64,000 bases of DNA, taken from positions 175,161 to 239,160 of the forward strand of contig CAZQVT010000001.1 of the NCBI GenBank assembly GCA_964596875.1. Reading direction: 5' to 3'. Each line of letters opens with the position of its first letter. Within the stretch, counting starts at the first letter, position 1. The position numbers and the translations under genes were made by a program. The stretch comes from an uncultured Candidatus Saccharibacteria bacterium (GTDB lineage Bacteria; Patescibacteriota; Minisyncoccia; Phycocordibacterales; DATDWN01). The notes beneath the pieces were generated by a model that was not told the origin of the DNA, did no database searches, and was given only the letters and a program-made list of their open reading frames with translations. This document shows, one piece after another, positions 19,237 through 28,336 of the stretch.

Positions 19237-19770
19237 ATGAATTTAGAAAAACAAATTGAGGCAATACTTTTTTATACTGGGGAACCGGTGAAAATTAGTT
19301 TTTTGGCGAAAACTTTAGAAGTAAAAATAGATGCTATTCGCGAGGCGCTTCAAAACCTTGTAACTAGTTTGGAAAATAGAGGTCTAAAGATGGTGGAACA
19401 CAACGAGGAAGTCTCTCTCGTTACTTCACCTGAACTTGCACCACTTATAGAGAAAATCATAAAAGAAGAAAGAGAAAGAGAGTTGGGCAGAGTAGGGCTA
19501 GAGACTCTTACTATTGTGGCTTACAAAGGACCTATATCTAAAAAGGAAATAGAGTACATAAGAGGGGTAAACTCTCAATACGCTATACGAAACCTGCTTT
19601 TGCGTGGCCTTATAGAGCGAAATGGTGTGGATGGCAGGGTGGTTTACACTGTTACATCTGATACAATTAGATTTCTGGGACTTACAAAAATTTCAGACCT
19701 TCCAGAGTATGCAGAAATGAACAAAAGTCTAGAAGTGGCAGACGAAACAACAGATGAAGTAGAAGAGTAA
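19237..19770 (+). CDS. scpB: segregation and condensation protein B
   Basis: ScpB-like winged-helix repeats, 177 aa, downstream of scpA. Confidence 0.85.
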   Translation: MNLEKQIEAILFYTGEPVKISFLAKTLEVKIDAIREALQNLVTSLENRGLKMVEHNEEVSLVTSPELAPLIEKIIKEERERELGRVGLETLTIVAYKGPISKKEIEYIRGVNSQYAIRNLLLRGLIERNGVDGRVVYTVTSDTIRFLGLTKISDLPEYAEMNKSLEVADETTDEVEE

Positions 19771-19774
19771 AAAA

Positions 19775-20713
19775 ATGGAGCATCAAAAAATTTCTAAAAA
19801 ATTATATATATTTAATATTGTTTTGGTTTTGGCGGTAGTTTTCATGACTTTTCTTTTATACCAAAACTCTATTCAGAAAAAAGTTGAAAAAATAGTAAAA
19901 GCGAAGGTGGAGAAAAAAAGTTTGGCAATGTTTGAAAATGTAAATGTGAAAGCAAAAGCAGTTTTGGTTTACGACTTAGCTGACAACAGAGTTTTGTATG
20001 CAAAAAACGAGGGAACTCAGTTGCCACTTGCATCTATCACAAAACTAATGACGGCTTTGGTTGCTACAGAACTTTTACCAAAAGACTCCAAGATAACATT
20101 AAAAAGTGAGTTTTTGCGTGAAGAGGGGGACTCTGGCTTAGCGGTTTCAGAGTCTTGGAACCTAAAAGAGTTGCTAGACTTTTCACTTGTGACTTCTTCT
20201 AACGACGGTATGCGTTCAGTAGCGTCTGTTATAGGTGCAGTTAAACTAAACTCAAAAGACTATGACTTGGGAAGAAAAGATTTTATTGAAAAAATGAACA
20301 AGCGTGCAAAAGAGTTGGGTCTAGCACAAACTTTCTTTGTAAATGAAACAGGTCTTGATGTGGGCAATGTAAGTGGGGGATATGGCTCTGCAAATGATGT
20401 AACAAGTCTAGTAAAGTACATGATACGAAACAGACCAGAAATACTAGAAGCTACAAAGTTTCAAAAACTAACTATAGATTCTGATACAAAAAAACATACA
20501 GCAAAAAATACAAACGATATTGTAAACGAGATACCGGGACTGTTTGCATCTAAAACTGGATACACAGATATGGCCGGTGGAAACCTAGTTGTTGCTTTTG
20601 ATCCAAGTTTGGGTAAACCAATAATTGTTACTGTGTTGGGTTCTACACAAGATGGAAGGTTCACCGATGTGGAAACTCTAGTTGATGTAACACTAGATTA
20701 CTTAAACCAATAG
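19775..20713 (+). CDS. D-alanyl-D-alanine carboxypeptidase (S11, PBP5-like)
   Basis: N-terminal TM, SxxK motif SITK, SxN motif SSND, KTG motif. Confidence 0.8.
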   Translation: MEHQKISKKLYIFNIVLVLAVVFMTFLLYQNSIQKKVEKIVKAKVEKKSLAMFENVNVKAKAVLVYDLADNRVLYAKNEGTQLPLASITKLMTALVATELLPKDSKITLKSEFLREEGDSGLAVSESWNLKELLDFSLVTSSNDGMRSVASVIGAVKLNSKDYDLGRKDFIEKMNKRAKELGLAQTFFVNETGLDVGNVSGGYGSANDVTSLVKYMIRNRPEILEATKFQKLTIDSDTKKHTAKNTNDIVNEIPGLFASKTGYTDMAGGNLVVAFDPSLGKPIIVTVLGSTQDGRFTDVETLVDVTLDYLNQ

Positions 20714-20840
20714 AAAATTTTCAAATTTGGCCAATCTCATCTTCTAAATTTTCAAAATTCTCGTCACCTTAGCACTAACTAAGGCTTCTCACATTTTCAA
20801 AATTTATAAGCGACCTTGTCTCAAATTGTGAAAGTTTGAA
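20714..20840 (+). repeat. intergenic structured hairpin element, copy D
   Basis: inner stem CCTTAG/CTAAGG compensatory relative to copy C; conserved flanks and GTGAAAGTTTG tail. Confidence 0.7.
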
Positions 20841-20850
20841 AAGTTTTTGT

Positions 20851-20898
20851 AAACGAAAAGGCCGACACGATAGTCTGTATGACCTGATCGTATCGGCC
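20851..20898 (-). terminator. hairpin GGCCGA(T)ACGAT...ATCGT(G)TCGGCC + TTTTCGTTT ending GC-rich minicassette 3
   Basis: 11-bp imperfect inverted repeat followed by T run on - strand, just after stop of 20917 ORF. Confidence 0.55.
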
Positions 20899-20916
20899 GA
20901 AGCCCGTGTGTGTGGG

Positions 20917-21186
20917 CTAGAACCGCTTACTGACGTACTTGAGTGCTTCCCAGGTGAGTAACACCAGTGAGGAGTACACGATTGGCAGTGACGCCAGTCC
21001 GTACTCGTAGCTCTCGGTGAACATGGAGACCATGAGTCCCAGAGTCAGTACTCCGTGCAGAAGCAGGGGAACGAAGTACAGTACTATTGCAGGGAGAACG
21101 AGGCTAATGATTGCCCCGAACACCCTGAGCCACTTGTCGTCTCGATACCCGCCCATGAGGAGCGGGTTAAAGCCCAAGCATCCCAT
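20917..21186 (-). CDS. hypothetical small membrane protein (89 aa, ~2 TM), gene 3 of GC-rich minicassette 3
   Basis: ATG preceded by GGAGGAGCG; hydrophobic helices; GC-rich. Confidence 0.45.
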   Translation of the reverse strand: MGCLGFNPLLMGGYRDDKWLRVFGAIISLVLPAIVLYFVPLLLHGVLTLGLMVSMFTESYEYGLASLPIVYSSLVLLTWEALKYVSKRF

Positions 21187-21194
21187 CGCTCCTC

Positions 21195-21299
21195 CTACAT
21201 CTTGAAGGCGATAACCGCCAGGATTACGGCGATGCAGCCCAAGGCGAATTGGATTTCTCTTGTAGCCTTCTTGAAGTACTCGAACTGTTCTTCGGTCAT
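21195..21299 (-). CDS. 34-aa single-TM peptide (MTEEQFEYFKKATREIQFALGCIAVILAVIAFKM), gene 2 of minicassette 3
   Basis: not in ORF track (<60 aa); ATG 6 nt after TAGGAGGCT RBS; stop 8 nt before next ATG. Confidence 0.4.
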   Translation of the reverse strand: MTEEQFEYFKKATREIQFALGCIAVILAVIAFKM

Positions 21300-21309
21300 G
21301 CCTAGCCTC

Positions 21310-21735
21310 CTATCGAAGTTGGACCATCTCGCCGACCACGTCGTCCTTGCCTTCGAGGCTTTGGACGATGAAGTTGGTTGCTCCGCAGGCGTCGCAGAGG
21401 AACTTCACGACATCCATCTTCTGGATCTCGAGTTCCTCCACCTTGTCGATCGTGACGAAGTTCTTGTCGACGATCTTGCCGAGATGCACTCGGACCTTGC
21501 CCGTTGTGTTCAACTTGAACGCGATCACTCCGGGCTTGGTGTCGTACCGGAGCTTCATCCCGATGGCGCTGTGAGGCACGATGGTGAACTGGACGGAGTT
21601 TTCAAGTGCGATCGCGTACGGCTTCATGGGCTGGGTTGTTTCCACCCAGTAAACCATTGAAACTATCGCGACCGTGAGTGCGCAAATGACGAGTATTCCT
21701 CGCCAGTGGCGGGACAGAGTAGTGTCTTCGGTCAT
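21310..21735 (-). CDS. hypothetical membrane-anchored protein (141 aa, N-terminal TM), gene 1 of minicassette 3
   Basis: ATG 6 nt after GGAGGCC RBS, consensus promoter upstream. Confidence 0.5.
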   Translation of the reverse strand: MTEDTTLSRHWRGILVICALTVAIVSMVYWVETTQPMKPYAIALENSVQFTIVPHSAIGMKLRYDTKPGVIAFKLNTTGKVRVHLGKIVDKNFVTIDKVEELEIQKMDVVKFLCDACGATNFIVQSLEGKDDVVGEMVQLR

Positions 21736-21754
21736 GCTGTGGCCTCCGATATTA

Positions 21755-21782
21755 ATTATATCATTTATACAGTATAAGTCAA
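21755..21782 (-). promoter_or_regulatory. consensus sigma70 promoter TTGACT-16-TATAAT (on - strand)
   Basis: read from reverse complement; 5'UTR GTATAAATGATATAATTAATATCGGAGGCCACAGCATG is homologous to 5'UTR of cassette 6. Confidence 0.6.
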
Positions 21783-21798
21783 GGTATAAAAACCTTCA

Positions 21799-21828
21799 TT
21801 TTAGACACATTTCCGGCCTTAGGGTATA
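21799..21828 (+). promoter_or_regulatory. putative asnB promoter TTAGAC-18-TATACT, near-leaderless
   Basis: -10 element ends 8 nt before ATG at 21837; divergent from cassette 3 promoter. Confidence 0.3.
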
Positions 21829-21836
21829 CTTTGTAC

Positions 21837-23684
21837 ATGTGTGGAATATCAGGCGTTATAGGCCAAAATCTAGACGATAAAGAGGGTATTATAGGCAAAA
21901 TGGTAGAAAGGATTACTCACCGTGGACCAGACGATGATGGTTTTTATGTAGACAAAAGTGTGGGTCTTGGAATGCGTCGTCTAGCTATTATCGACCTTGA
22001 AACTGGCAGGCAACCTATAACATCCGAGGACGGCAAACTAATTATTTTTTTCAATGGGGAAATCTACAACTACAAAGAGTTGAAAAATGATTTAAAGAAA
22101 AAAGGACACAAGTTCACAACATCATCAGACACAGAAGTTATTTTGAAAATGTATGAGGAGCACGGCAAAGACATGCTACCAAAACTTCGTGGCATGTTTA
22201 CATTTTCTATATACAACACAGAAACAAAACATTTGTTTATCGCTCGAGACTTTTTTGGTATCAAGCCACTTTATTACCTGATACAAAATGAAAACATCGT
22301 GGCGTTTTCTTCGGAAATAAAATCCTTTATAGATTTCCCAGGGTTCCAAATGGAGGTAAACCACAACGCTGTTGTGAACTATCTTTCATTCCAGTACAAC
22401 CCACTTGTGGAGACATTTTTCAAAAATGTTTACAAACTTCCACCAGCACACTACCTGTCTATAGATACAGACAAAAATGAAATCGAAATCCAGAAATATT
22501 GGAGCATGTCTTTTGAACAAGACGAGACTTTGGACGAACAACTAACAGCTGACAAGATTTTGGAAACAATGAAAGACTCTGTTGAACACCACATGATAGC
22601 AGATGTTCCTGTCGGTGCTTTTCTTTCTGGAGGTATCGACAGTAGTATCATAACGACTTTGATGCAGGAAATACGCGGAGAAAAAAAGATCAAAACTTTT
22701 ACTGTTGGTTTTAACACCTTGACCGAGGGGGAAGAAGCAAAAGAAACATCTAGTTTCCTTGGCACTGACCATACTGAACTCAGTGTCGGTCCTGACGAGT
22801 ATTTTTCCGTGCTTCCAAAAGTTGTATACCATTTTGATGAACCTATTGCGGACCCATCTGCAGTTGGACTTTATTTTGTTGCACAGGAGGCGCGAAAACA
22901 TGTGAAAGTTGTACTTTCTGGTGAAGGATCGGACGAACTTTTTGGTGGATACAATATTTACCTAACTCCACAAGACTCCGACAAACTTTTATGGCTCCCA
23001 AAAAGCATTGTAAAAATGCTAACCAGTCTACCTTTTGAGTTTTACGGCAAAAACTATTTGCGACGTGTGTCTATGAAACTCGAAGACTGGTATATCGGCC
23101 AAAAGTATTTCAATGGCTCTATTTTTACACGCCAAGAAATAAAAGATTTGTGGAACGGTGGCAACGAAAAGTTTATGTCGCTTAGTTCGCTTTTCAAACA
23201 AACAAAGGGTCTGAGTGACTCTACCTCAATGCAGTTTATAGATATAAACACATGGCTGGTCGGAGATATTTTGGCAAAGGCAGACAAAATGACAATGGCA
23301 AACTCGCTTGAACTTCGAGTACCGTTTCTAGATACCGAGGTAGCAAAACTTGCTGGAACTTTGCCTGACAAATACAAATGGAAGGGTAAGGTAACAAAGT
23401 ACCTACTTCGTGAAGCTTTTAAAAATGTTATTCCAGAAAGTGCTCGAAACAGAAGAAAGCTTGGTTTTCCAACTCCTGTTAAGGACTGGTTTACAAAAGA
23501 CAGACAAGACGTGTATGACACTATTTTGCAAAACGAGTATATAAAAAAACACATGAATGTATACCGTATTCAAAATATTATTGATGACCACTTGGAAGGA
23601 AAGAGCGAAAACTCTAGAAAGATTTACACATTACTAATGCTCGCCCTATGGTACAATACTTTCATAAAAGCAAACCAAAAATAG
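21837..23684 (+). CDS. asnB: asparagine synthase (glutamine-hydrolysing), possibly peptidoglycan-amidating
   Basis: N-terminal MCGI nucleophile, SGGIDSS PP-loop; ATG 21837 preferred over TTG 21831. Confidence 0.85.
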   Translation: MCGISGVIGQNLDDKEGIIGKMVERITHRGPDDDGFYVDKSVGLGMRRLAIIDLETGRQPITSEDGKLIIFFNGEIYNYKELKNDLKKKGHKFTTSSDTEVILKMYEEHGKDMLPKLRGMFTFSIYNTETKHLFIARDFFGIKPLYYLIQNENIVAFSSEIKSFIDFPGFQMEVNHNAVVNYLSFQYNPLVETFFKNVYKLPPAHYLSIDTDKNEIEIQKYWSMSFEQDETLDEQLTADKILETMKDSVEHHMIADVPVGAFLSGGIDSSIITTLMQEIRGEKKIKTFTVGFNTLTEGEEAKETSSFLGTDHTELSVGPDEYFSVLPKVVYHFDEPIADPSAVGLYFVAQEARKHVKVVLSGEGSDELFGGYNIYLTPQDSDKLLWLPKSIVKMLTSLPFEFYGKNYLRRVSMKLEDWYIGQKYFNGSIFTRQEIKDLWNGGNEKFMSLSSLFKQTKGLSDSTSMQFIDINTWLVGDILAKADKMTMANSLELRVPFLDTEVAKLAGTLPDKYKWKGKVTKYLLREAFKNVIPESARNRRKLGFPTPVKDWFTKDRQDVYDTILQNEYIKKHMNVYRIQNIIDDHLEGKSENSRKIYTLLMLALWYNTFIKANQK

Positions 23685-23685
23685 C

Positions 23686-24741
23686 ATGACAGACGTTTTA
23701 AAAGTAGTAATCCCATCAGTTCTTACATTTCTTATAGGTATTGGTATTACTCCTTTTTTCACAAATATATTTTTTAAATATAAAATGTGGAAAAAGTCTC
23801 CTCGTACCCAAAATGCTGACGGGGTTTCAAAAGATTTTGCAGATACTCACAACACAACCGCAGAACTTTCTACGCCAAGAGTTGGAGGGGTTATTATTTG
23901 GGTTTCGGTTTTGTGTACGGTTATTATCATTTACTTTATCTCAAAGGTTTTTCCAAACGACCTTACTTTGAAACTAAACTTTTGGAGCAGAAGCCAAACA
24001 TACATACCTATAGGTACACTTATTTTTGCATCTCTTATTGGTCTTGCAGATGATCTTATGCAGATTTTTGGAAAAGGGGAGTATGCTCGAGATCCGCTTA
24101 TCTATAGAAAAATAAAAATATTTTTTATTAGTGTTATCGGGCTACTTATCGGTTTTTGGTTTTATGACAAGCTACAGTTTACCGCGATACATATTCCTTT
24201 TGACGGAGAGCTGGAACTAGGTCTGTGGTTTATTCCATTTTTGGTTGTCGTTATGCTTGGGGTTTTCTCTGGAAGTGTTATAGACGGTATGGACGGGCTT
24301 TCGGGGGGAGTAATGTCTGTTGTATTTACAGCATATTCTGTTATTGCTTTTACAAACAACCAGGTGGATATTTCTGCACTTTGTGCTGTTATTGCGGGAG
24401 GCATTTTGGCTTTTCTTTGGTTCAATATTCCACCGGCAAGGTTTTATATGGGGGAAACGGGGATACTGGGACTTACCGTAACACTTTCTGTTATAGCATT
24501 TCTAACTGACTCTGTTTTGGTTCTGCCACTTATTGCATTGCCACTAGTAGCAACTTCACTTTCAGTTGTTATACAGATAGTTGGTTACAAATATTTTAAT
24601 AAAAAAAGAGTTTTCCGTGTCGCGCCATTGCACCACCATTTTGAAGCACTAGGCTGGCCAAGGACAAAAATTGTTATGAGGTATTGGGTTATTTCCGTAG
24701 TTTGTGCAATCTCTGGGGTAATTATTTCAATAATTAGTTAG
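23686..24741 (+). CDS. mraY: phospho-N-acetylmuramoyl-pentapeptide transferase
   Basis: motifs GLADD, DGMDGLSGG, PLHHHFE; 10 TM. Confidence 0.85.
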   Translation: MTDVLKVVIPSVLTFLIGIGITPFFTNIFFKYKMWKKSPRTQNADGVSKDFADTHNTTAELSTPRVGGVIIWVSVLCTVIIIYFISKVFPNDLTLKLNFWSRSQTYIPIGTLIFASLIGLADDLMQIFGKGEYARDPLIYRKIKIFFISVIGLLIGFWFYDKLQFTAIHIPFDGELELGLWFIPFLVVVMLGVFSGSVIDGMDGLSGGVMSVVFTAYSVIAFTNNQVDISALCAVIAGGILAFLWFNIPPARFYMGETGILGLTVTLSVIAFLTDSVLVLPLIALPLVATSLSVVIQIVGYKYFNKKRVFRVAPLHHHFEALGWPRTKIVMRYWVISVVCAISGVIISIIS

Positions 24742-24746
24742 AAATT

Positions 24747-25859
24747 ATGGAGGAGTTTAGATATGAGTACGAACATGTGGGCAGAGATTCTGAAGATGTT
24801 GCAAAATCAGTAGAGTCAAAAAGAGCAGATAGAGAATTATACGATGAATTCCATGTATATTCAGTAGAGAATATTTCTGCGGCGTTAGATTCTTTGGATG
24901 AAGCAAGATTGGAAGAAGGCCTAAGTGCTGAATTAAGGGTTAAGGCACTTAACGGAAGATTAAAAAATGCTTACGCGTCTTTTATTCAAAGTTCTACATT
25001 TGAGGTTAAAAAGAGTTTAATTAGGGACTTGTCTCAAGATAGCGCCTTGCTTGATGAAATGTTAGATAAGTCGCTAGTAGTTAGTGATGTTGATGATATT
25101 CCTCCAGAAATGATTGCTAAAATTTTGAGATTAAGACTAGTTTCGAATGAAAGAAGGGAAAAAATTCTAAATGAGAAACTGGGAGAAATGTTGGGTGAAG
25201 TTAAAAAACAAATAATTGAAGGAATAAAACAAGGAATTGTTAAAAGGACTGAAGAAGAGGTGGATAAAATAATTAGTTCCTTTAGTTTTAAAACTTTTGA
25301 CCCATTTTTTATAGGTCATACAGCTTACGCACTTCATAATGCCAGTATAAGAGTTATAGAACTTGCGACAGATGTAAATGTTGAACAAGCACCTCATTTT
25401 ATTTTGCATGAAATAATGCATTCACTCTCTGGTATTACAATACTGGGAGAGAAAAATCCTATTGATGATAAGGTAGATACTATTACAAATCAAAGAGTTG
25501 GCTTGATGTTTTTTGGCTTCGATCACGAAAGCGGCAAATTAAATGGTAGAAAATTAGATTGGATAAATGAAGCTGTTACTGAAGAAATTACAATGAATTT
25601 ATCTGGGAAATCGGTGAATGTGTATTCTGTAGAAAGAAGAAAGTTAAAAAAGCTTTATGAACTAGGAGTTGATCGTGAAATAATATATAATGCATACTTT
25701 GAGGACTACAATCCTGACGATCCTGAAAGAGTTCCTCATTGGAAAAAGTTTGTAGCAGAACTAAAGAAAATTTTCCCGGATATGTCTGTTTTGCAAGCAT
25801 TGGAACATGTTAGTTCTTTGGTAGAAGAAGAGATTAAAAATGAAAAAACTCAAAGTTGA
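24747..25859 (+). CDS. hypothetical protein with HExxH motif (HEIMH) in the murD position of the dcw cluster
   Basis: 370 aa, acidic, no Mur ligase motifs. Confidence 0.45.
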   Translation: MEEFRYEYEHVGRDSEDVAKSVESKRADRELYDEFHVYSVENISAALDSLDEARLEEGLSAELRVKALNGRLKNAYASFIQSSTFEVKKSLIRDLSQDSALLDEMLDKSLVVSDVDDIPPEMIAKILRLRLVSNERREKILNEKLGEMLGEVKKQIIEGIKQGIVKRTEEEVDKIISSFSFKTFDPFFIGHTAYALHNASIRVIELATDVNVEQAPHFILHEIMHSLSGITILGEKNPIDDKVDTITNQRVGLMFFGFDHESGKLNGRKLDWINEAVTEEITMNLSGKSVNVYSVERRKLKKLYELGVDREIIYNAYFEDYNPDDPERVPHWKKFVAELKKIFPDMSVLQALEHVSSLVEEEIKNEKTQS

Positions 25860-26940
25860 TATACCATTTTTAATATCAGTTGTGATTTTGGTAGTTGGAG
25901 GCTACCTTATTTTTCGTTCTGCATCTTTGGGACTACTTTCTAAACAGTCTCTAAAGTACGCAGGTGTTGCTTTCAACCAAACTGTTTTTGGACTTATAGG
26001 TGGAACGATCATTTGTTTTATTACCTCTAAAATAGACTATAGAGTCTACCGAAAATTTGCCTTTCCTATACTTATTGGTTCTGTCATAGCCACACTTTTG
26101 GTTTTTGCACCCGGAATCGGTTTTGCTCACGGAGGTGCGCACAGATGGATAAAAATCGGTACACTTTCATTCCAACCTTCTGAGTTTCTAAAGATCGGCT
26201 ATATTATTTTTCTTGCGGCATGGTTTGCCTCGGTAAAAGATAGAGTAAAACAGTTTAAATACGGGCTTCTGCCTTTTATGATTGTGTCTGGGATTGCGGG
26301 TATAGTTTTGCTCATACAGCCGGACACAGATACTTTTATGATCACTGTGTTTGCTGGTCTTGCGATATATCTTTCTAGTGGAGGACAATGGAAACATATT
26401 TTGGTTTTGGGAATTTGTTGCGTTCTTGGTATTGGTTTACTCGCAATGCAGAGGCCGTATGTAAAAAGTAGAATCATGACTTTTATAAATCCAGCAAATG
26501 ACGCACTGGGAAGTGGTTATCAAATCCAACAGTCACTTATTGCGGTGGGAAGTGGAGGAATGTTCGGGCGAGGTTTCGGACAAAGTATTCAAAAGTTTAA
26601 TGTACTTCCGGAACCTATCGGAGATTCTATTTTTGCTGTAGCAGCGGAAGAGTTCGGTTTTGTTGGTGCTGTTGGGATAATATTTTTGTTTATATTTTTT
26701 GCTGTTCGTGGGCTTAAAATTGCCTCAAACACCACAGATGCTTTCGGTAGACTAATGGTTGTGGGAATTGTTATAATGATTTCAACTCAAGCCTTTGTAA
26801 ACATAGGTGCGATGGTGGGAGTTTTGCCACTTTCGGGTATTACTTTGCCTTTTATAAGTCATGGTGGTACGGCATTGTTTATGACACTTGCAGAGGTTGG
26901 AATCATATTAAACATTTCGAAGTTTAGGAAAAATAAATAA
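25840..26940 (+). CDS. ftsW: FtsW/RodA/SpoVE family peptidoglycan glycosyltransferase
   Basis: 10-TM SEDS protein, 366 aa. Confidence 0.85.
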   Translation: MKKLKVDIPFLISVVILVVGGYLIFRSASLGLLSKQSLKYAGVAFNQTVFGLIGGTIICFITSKIDYRVYRKFAFPILIGSVIATLLVFAPGIGFAHGGAHRWIKIGTLSFQPSEFLKIGYIIFLAAWFASVKDRVKQFKYGLLPFMIVSGIAGIVLLIQPDTDTFMITVFAGLAIYLSSGGQWKHILVLGICCVLGIGLLAMQRPYVKSRIMTFINPANDALGSGYQIQQSLIAVGSGGMFGRGFGQSIQKFNVLPEPIGDSIFAVAAEEFGFVGAVGIIFLFIFFAVRGLKIASNTTDAFGRLMVVGIVIMISTQAFVNIGAMVGVLPLSGITLPFISHGGTALFMTLAEVGIILNISKFRKNK

Positions 26941-26952
26941 CACATCCTCATT

Positions 26953-27078
26953 ATGAATCCCGTAAGAAATTATTTAGTTAAAAGGATGAATGTGGTTATG
27001 TGTGATAAAATTATTCGAACAAACATTATTATTAATTTTATATACGGAAACTAAAGTTTCCTATTTCAAACGGGATGA
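26953..27078 (+). promoter_or_regulatory. structured leader / TIR element L2 enclosing murG start codon
   Basis: 5' arm ATGAATCCCGTAAGAAAT, penultimate hairpin ACGGAAAC-TAAA-GTTTCC, 3' arm TATTTCAAACGGGATGA. Confidence 0.6.
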
Positions 27079-28208
27079 AAATATTACTTACTGGTGGAGG
27101 TAGCGCAGGACATTTTTACCCACTTGTTGCGGTTGCACAAAAACTAAATGAACTAGCAAAAGAAAACAGGCTTTTGAAACCAGAGTTGTACTATATGTCG
27201 ACTGACCCTTTTGACGAAAACCTTTTGTACGAAAACAGTATTACCTTTATAAAAGTAAACGCGGGAAAAATCCGAAAAGATAAAACACTTTCGAACAGAA
27301 TCCTAAACTTTATGGATTTGTTTAGTACTTTTCACGGAGTGCTTACAGCGCTTTGGAAAGTTTTTGTTATTTATCCAGATGTAGTTTTTGGAAAAGGGGG
27401 CTATGTGAGTTTCCCAGCACTTTTTGCAGCAAGGTTTCTAGGAATACCGGTAGTGATACACGAGTCAGACAGTAAACCTGGAAAAGTAAACGCTTGGGCT
27501 GGAAAGTTTGCAACAAAAGTTGCGGTTTCATACCCCGATGCCGCTTCATACTTTAAGGCTGAAAAAACTGCCTACACCGGTAACCCGATAAGAAAAGAAA
27601 TAGAAGACCCACAAGTTTCTGGTTCACACGAGCATTTTGGTTTCGACAGCAGTATACCTACAGTTTTTGTTATAGGTGGTTCACAGGGTGCTCGTTTCAT
27701 AAACAGCGCTATCATGGATGCTTTGCCAGAACTTGTAAAGAAATACCAAGTCATACATCAGACGGGCGTAAACAACCTTTCCGTTATTCAGGAGACTTCT
27801 GCGGTGGTGCTTTTAAACAGTGAACACAAGGAAAGATACGTGGCAATACCGTACCTAAACGCCCTAAACCTGCGTATGGCGGCGGGGGCTGCAGATGTGA
27901 TAGTATCACGAGCAGGTTCAACTATATTTGAAATAGCGAGTTGGGGCAGGGCTTCTATTATTATCCCTATCCCAGAGCCAACAAGTCATGACCAAAAAAC
28001 AAACGCTTATGCCTATGCTAGAAGTGGCGCTGCGGTTGTAATAGAAGAAAAAAACATGGCACCAGGAATACTACTAGCAGAGATACAAAGAGTAGTAACT
28101 GTTGAAAAAGAAAAAATGCAGGCTGCAGCAAAAGCATTTTCTAGAAGAGATTCTGCAAGACTCATAGCCGAAGAGTTGATAGCAATCGGCCTACAACACG
28201 AGAGATGA
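27075..28208 (+). CDS. murG: undecaprenyldiphospho-muramoylpentapeptide beta-N-acetylglucosaminyltransferase
   Basis: N-terminal ILLTGGGSAGH motif, GT28 fold. Confidence 0.85.
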   Translation: MKILLTGGGSAGHFYPLVAVAQKLNELAKENRLLKPELYYMSTDPFDENLLYENSITFIKVNAGKIRKDKTLSNRILNFMDLFSTFHGVLTALWKVFVIYPDVVFGKGGYVSFPALFAARFLGIPVVIHESDSKPGKVNAWAGKFATKVAVSYPDAASYFKAEKTAYTGNPIRKEIEDPQVSGSHEHFGFDSSIPTVFVIGGSQGARFINSAIMDALPELVKKYQVIHQTGVNNLSVIQETSAVVLLNSEHKERYVAIPYLNALNLRMAAGAADVIVSRAGSTIFEIASWGRASIIIPIPEPTSHDQKTNAYAYARSGAAVVIEEKNMAPGILLAEIQRVVTVEKEKMQAAAKAFSRRDSARLIAEELIAIGLQHER

Positions 28209-28220
28209 TTAAAATTAACT

Positions 28221-28303
28221 CATCTGCGTTGTTGCAGTTCAGTTTTGTTCGTTCACCTTACTACTTGTAAGGCTCACTCACAAAACATCCTGCGCCTAGC
28301 ATC
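28221..28303 (+). repeat. intergenic structured hairpin element, copy B
   Basis: ~95% identical to copy A over ~85 nt. Confidence 0.7.
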
Positions 28304-28336
28304 TGAACCAATTTAAATCATCTCAGAACAAATTAT

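Noticed and set aside
20767-20784. TTAGCACT inside hairpin copy D resembling a CIRCE half-site
   Set aside because: There is no GAGTGCTAA partner at 9-nt spacing. The match comes from the compensatory stem variant of the repeat family. No hrcA gene is in the window.
21055-21660. 201-aa + strand ORF across GC-rich cassette 3
   Set aside because: It has a GTG/alternative start and no RBS. Its amino-acid composition is typical of antisense GC-rich sequence. The opposite strand has a consensus promoter, three GGAGG RBSs and membrane-protein-like ORFs.
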